In this document: positions 60,448 through 64,000 of the stretch, piece by piece
Layout: every line of letters begins with the position of its first letter
How positions within the stretch are numbered: position 1 is the stretch's first letter
Assembly (NCBI GenBank): GCA_951406725.2
Contig: OX597842.1
Location: forward strand, 17,298,001 to 17,362,000
Source of the DNA: Octopus vulgaris
Taxonomy: Eukaryota
DNA length: 64,000 bases
Direction: 5' to 3'
Program-made: the position numbers and the translations under genes
Notes under the pieces: generated by a model
Databases searched by the model: none
What the model saw: the letters and a program-made list of their open reading frames with translations, nothing else
What the model was told of the DNA's origin: nothing

Positions 60448-60478
60448 CATATATATATATACATATATATATACATAA

Positions 60479-60525
<47 letters not shown>

Positions 60526-60672
60526 AAATAGAAAGATGAATAATCTTGTAGTAGATTAATCAAAAGTTTAACCGATACCTTAGTAGCAAAAATCACAGCA
60601 GTAAAACAGCACGGTTGGAGGTACAACCATATGGTGTTGCAACCGTGCGTTGGTGCGGATAATTGAAATTAG

Positions 60673-60999
60673 AACATTATTGGTGAATTGAAGAAATGGA
60701 GCTGAACGCAGATTGAACAGAAATCGTTTTATTTCATTTTACACGTGTTTCGAAAGGCACAAATTCCAAAATCCGATGGAATAATGGGACCATATTGTGT
60801 CTTTCTCTTCAGGAAGAAAATAGGAAATCCGTTGGAAAACGGATTTCCAACGGATTTCTATTTTCTTCCTGAAGAGAAAGACACAATATGGTCCCATTAT
60901 TCCATCGGATTTTGGTAATTTGTGCCTTTCGAAACACGTGTAGAATAAATAAAACGATTCAATCTGCGTTCATCCATTTCTTCATTCACCAATAATGTT
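60673..60999. repeat. ~327-bp palindrome carrying two divergently oriented hammerheads
   Basis: Arms meet at a 5-nt loop (60839-60843). Plus-strand motif at 60866-60945: TTC-CTGAAGA-GAAAGaCACAA..TTGTGcCTTTC-GAAA-CACGTG-TA-GAA. Mirror copy at ~60738-60816. Confidence 0.85.
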
Positions 61000-61019
61000 A
61001 TATATATATATATATATGT

Positions 61020-61107
<88 letters not shown>

Positions 61108-61132
61108 ATACTATATATATATATATATATGT

Positions 61133-61232
<100 letters not shown>

Positions 61233-61237
61233 CATAC

Positions 61238-61269
<32 letters not shown>

Positions 61270-61271
<2 letters not shown>

Positions 61272-62278
61272 AAGGTAGAAAAGTCGAAAGAAGTAAATTG
61301 GTGGGGTTATGCGGTGCAGGCTTTGGTTCACATAACCATGCCAGACCTGTATAACATCCCAGAGGAGTTGGTGTTCCCCGACGAGACACGTCTCAGAATC
61401 GTGGTGGAGGGGAGACCCCCAGTGTGTTACAGATGCAAAATTAGATGCCACATGAAGGATATGTGTCCGCTAAGAGAAGTACAAGAGAAAACGATAACAC
61501 TGGAGGCTTTGACAGAGGAGTTACAGAAGGCGAATGTAGAAGAGGAAATCGTGACTACAGATAATGTGGAAAGTGGTGACTAGATGGTGAAGGAGAAAGA
61601 AAAGGAAAGAACAGAAGAAAAAGAGGATAGAAAGAGAATGCGGGTGGAATCACCAACCAAAGCACAAAAAAAAAAAAGAAAAAAGCTAAAAGGAGGTCTA
61701 CCGACAAGATAGAGAATTGAACGCACGAAGAGAAAGATACAGAAACGAAAGTGAGTGAAGTTTCAAATTGTCAGGTAACGGAAGAATGGGATAGAAGGGT
61801 GGAAGAACAGCTGAATATATGTAAGGAAGGAGGAAAACCAAAAGGAAGAAATCTTAAAGCTATAATATTGTACAAGAAGGACAAGGAAATTGAGAAAAAG
61901 TTGGCAAATATGAAAAGTTTAACTAGAGTGAAGTTGAACCCGAAGATATTTGGTGACCAAGTGAAGGCGGCGATTGTAGAAAGAGACAGTAACGAAACTG
62001 AAAAATGTGTATACAGCTGTATGTCTAATGCATTACATACGGTATGACAGTTTGCCAGGTATTACAGAACAGGAGAAGTTACTCGAGTACATTACAGATG
62101 AACGCCCTGAATAACATAATTGTAATTGTAAATGAAACTGCGAGCCATTCCATTTAATTCATTACAAATAATTCATTGTCATACCATCCTTTTTGATTTT
62201 TTTTTATTATATGTACCCCATGTCCTGTATTGTTAAGTCCCCTCTTAATTCGGGCCATTGTGCCTATAATAAAGATTT
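61270..62278 (+). mobile_element. Decayed LINE ORF1-like (gag zinc knuckle) element
   Basis: [23 protein letters not shown] fits CX2CX4HX4C; K/E-rich tail; ends near AATAAA. Confidence 0.65.
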
Positions 62279-62295
62279 AAGCGACGCCTGCTGGG

Positions 62296-62339
62296 TCTGG
62301 CATTGATAAAGGGCAAATACCCTGAAACATGTCTACAGA
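62296..62339 (+). ncRNA. Hammerhead-like motif with U3-A8 core
   Basis: TCTGgcA-TTGATAA-AGGGcaaataCCCT-GAAA-CATG-TC-TACAGA; GUC site, imperfect stem I. Confidence 0.55.
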
Positions 62340-62816
62340 TGTCTGGCCAGCAAGGGGAAGCGGATGACCTCCCCTGTTCGAAGATTATAATGGACACAGG
62401 TTCGTGTGTCATATAGCTCGATAGAGGCGATGGCCTCTTGGAGCTAATCAACGGCAGCTTTAGTCTTATATTTATGGACTGCCATATTAGCTTGGCGATA
62501 ACTGTTAATAATACGCAAATTTATATATATTTTCATATATGCAGTAGTTAAAATCTTGCGAGAAGTAGGGAGGGGTTATTTTTGTTCAGTTACGTAATCT
62601 AATTGGTCATCAATTGTTTTGAATGGCTTTGCCTCAGTTATGATTGGTTAATTGATAACCGATATTTTAATAATTACTAGTATCTTTATATATTATATAT
62701 GTAAAGCATTCTATGTTATACATGTATATATATTGTTGTTATTGTCATTTTAGTAAATAAATAAATTGTCTATAAGTTGATGAATACTGCCTATTGATCC
62801 CCTCCATTTTCTTTTG

Positions 62817-62906
<90 letters not shown>

Positions 62907-63137
62907 TAAATATATATGTTCATAAGTGTATATATATATATATACATATATATATTAGAAAGTTTGGAGATGATATACAGGTATTTTATATTAGAAGAAA
63001 TGAGGTACTCAGAAATTCGGATGGTTTTATATTTACAGATATTTATTTGTATATTACATGTTTTTATACATCATATAACTTATATCATATATATATTAGC
63101 GGTTTCGTCCTTTCTGGTAGATTTTTCAAATTGCGTC

Positions 63138-64000
63138 CAGGGTTGGACAAATAATGGCTACACCATAAATTTCAAACAAATTAATTTTAATATGTGGTAG
63201 GACCGTCTTTGGCAGTAATTAAAGCTTGAATTCTACGAGGTATGGACTTGTACAAAGTTTGAATTGTTTCCAAAGGAATTTTTATCCATTTTTCACCTAA
63301 AACAGTCTCCAGTTCTTGTAGTGATGATGGTGGAGGATATCGACTCCGTACTTGTTTTTCTAAAATGCTCCATAAATGTTCAATAATATTGAGATCTGGG
63401 GGACTGTGGTGGCCAGATAACATGTTCAACTTCACTAGAATATTCCTCGTGCCATTCAGTAATAACTTTAGCAGTGTGAGTTGGTGCATTATCATCTTGA
63501 AAGATTGCGTTTCCCTCCGGAAACAGTTCCGCAAACACAGGATGAATTTGATCAAATAAAATGCTTAAATGGTCTTGACTATTAATTCTGCCATGAAGGG
63601 AAACCATTGGGCTGGTAGATTTCCAAGATGTAGTTCCCCAGATCGTCACAGATCTTCCTCCATGTTTAACAGTTGGAAGAAGGTAGTCTGGGTCAGATGC
63701 TTCTTTTGGCTGTCTCCACATGTATACTAGGCCGGTGGTCGGAGATAAGGTAAAGAATGACTCGTCCGAGAAAATAACATGTTTTCATTGCTCTAGGGAC
63801 CATTTCTGTAGGTTTTTACACAACTCTAAACGCTTTGCAATATTTGTTTTTGAAAGTGGTGGTTTTCAGATTGCAGCCCTCCCGTGAAATACGGCCTTGT
63901 GCAGCTCCCGGCAAACAGTTTTTGTGGAAACTGGGTTCTCAAGGTAGTCGTTAAGCTCTGCAGCAATTTTCGGAACTGTACTTTTGTGATCCTTTCTAAC
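63138..64000 (-). mobile_element. Tc1 transposon, frameshifted DDE transposase, runs off the window
   Basis: VIFSDES..PTVKHGG..FQDDNAPTH..SPDLNIIEHLW; TIR-like CAGGGTTGGACAAATAATGG at 63138. Confidence 0.9.

Overview
Eukaryotic, AT-rich, microsatellite-saturated DNA. The SINE, LINE and Penelope repertoire suggests a cephalopod, probably Octopus (inference). Nearly all ORF-track entries are (TA/TG/CA)n artefacts. The real host content is two convergent, inverted paralogs: gene A (+, 23327-30712) and gene B (-, 49454-36609). Each has 6 coding exons with identical intron phases and encodes a ~245-aa secreted protein (signal peptide, PAN/Apple domain, fast-diverging C-terminal domain). Two further copies of the promoter plus 'M-x-L-K-G' first exon (ending 18501 and 56720) have no gene body of their own in the window. 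Gene B's promoter and first exon sit between ~0.5-kb inverted repeats. The repeat landscape includes a Naiad-type Penelope element, other Penelope, R4/Dong, RTE, Gypsy and Tc1 relics, a TTAGGG-bearing MITE, Helitron-like elements and concatemeric tRNA-derived SINEs. About 11 minimal hammerhead-ribozyme motifs are present, including recurrent non-canonical cores (CCGACGA and compensated UUGAUAA), mostly in elements inserted into (TA)n tracts. All calls were made by eye, with no database searches.
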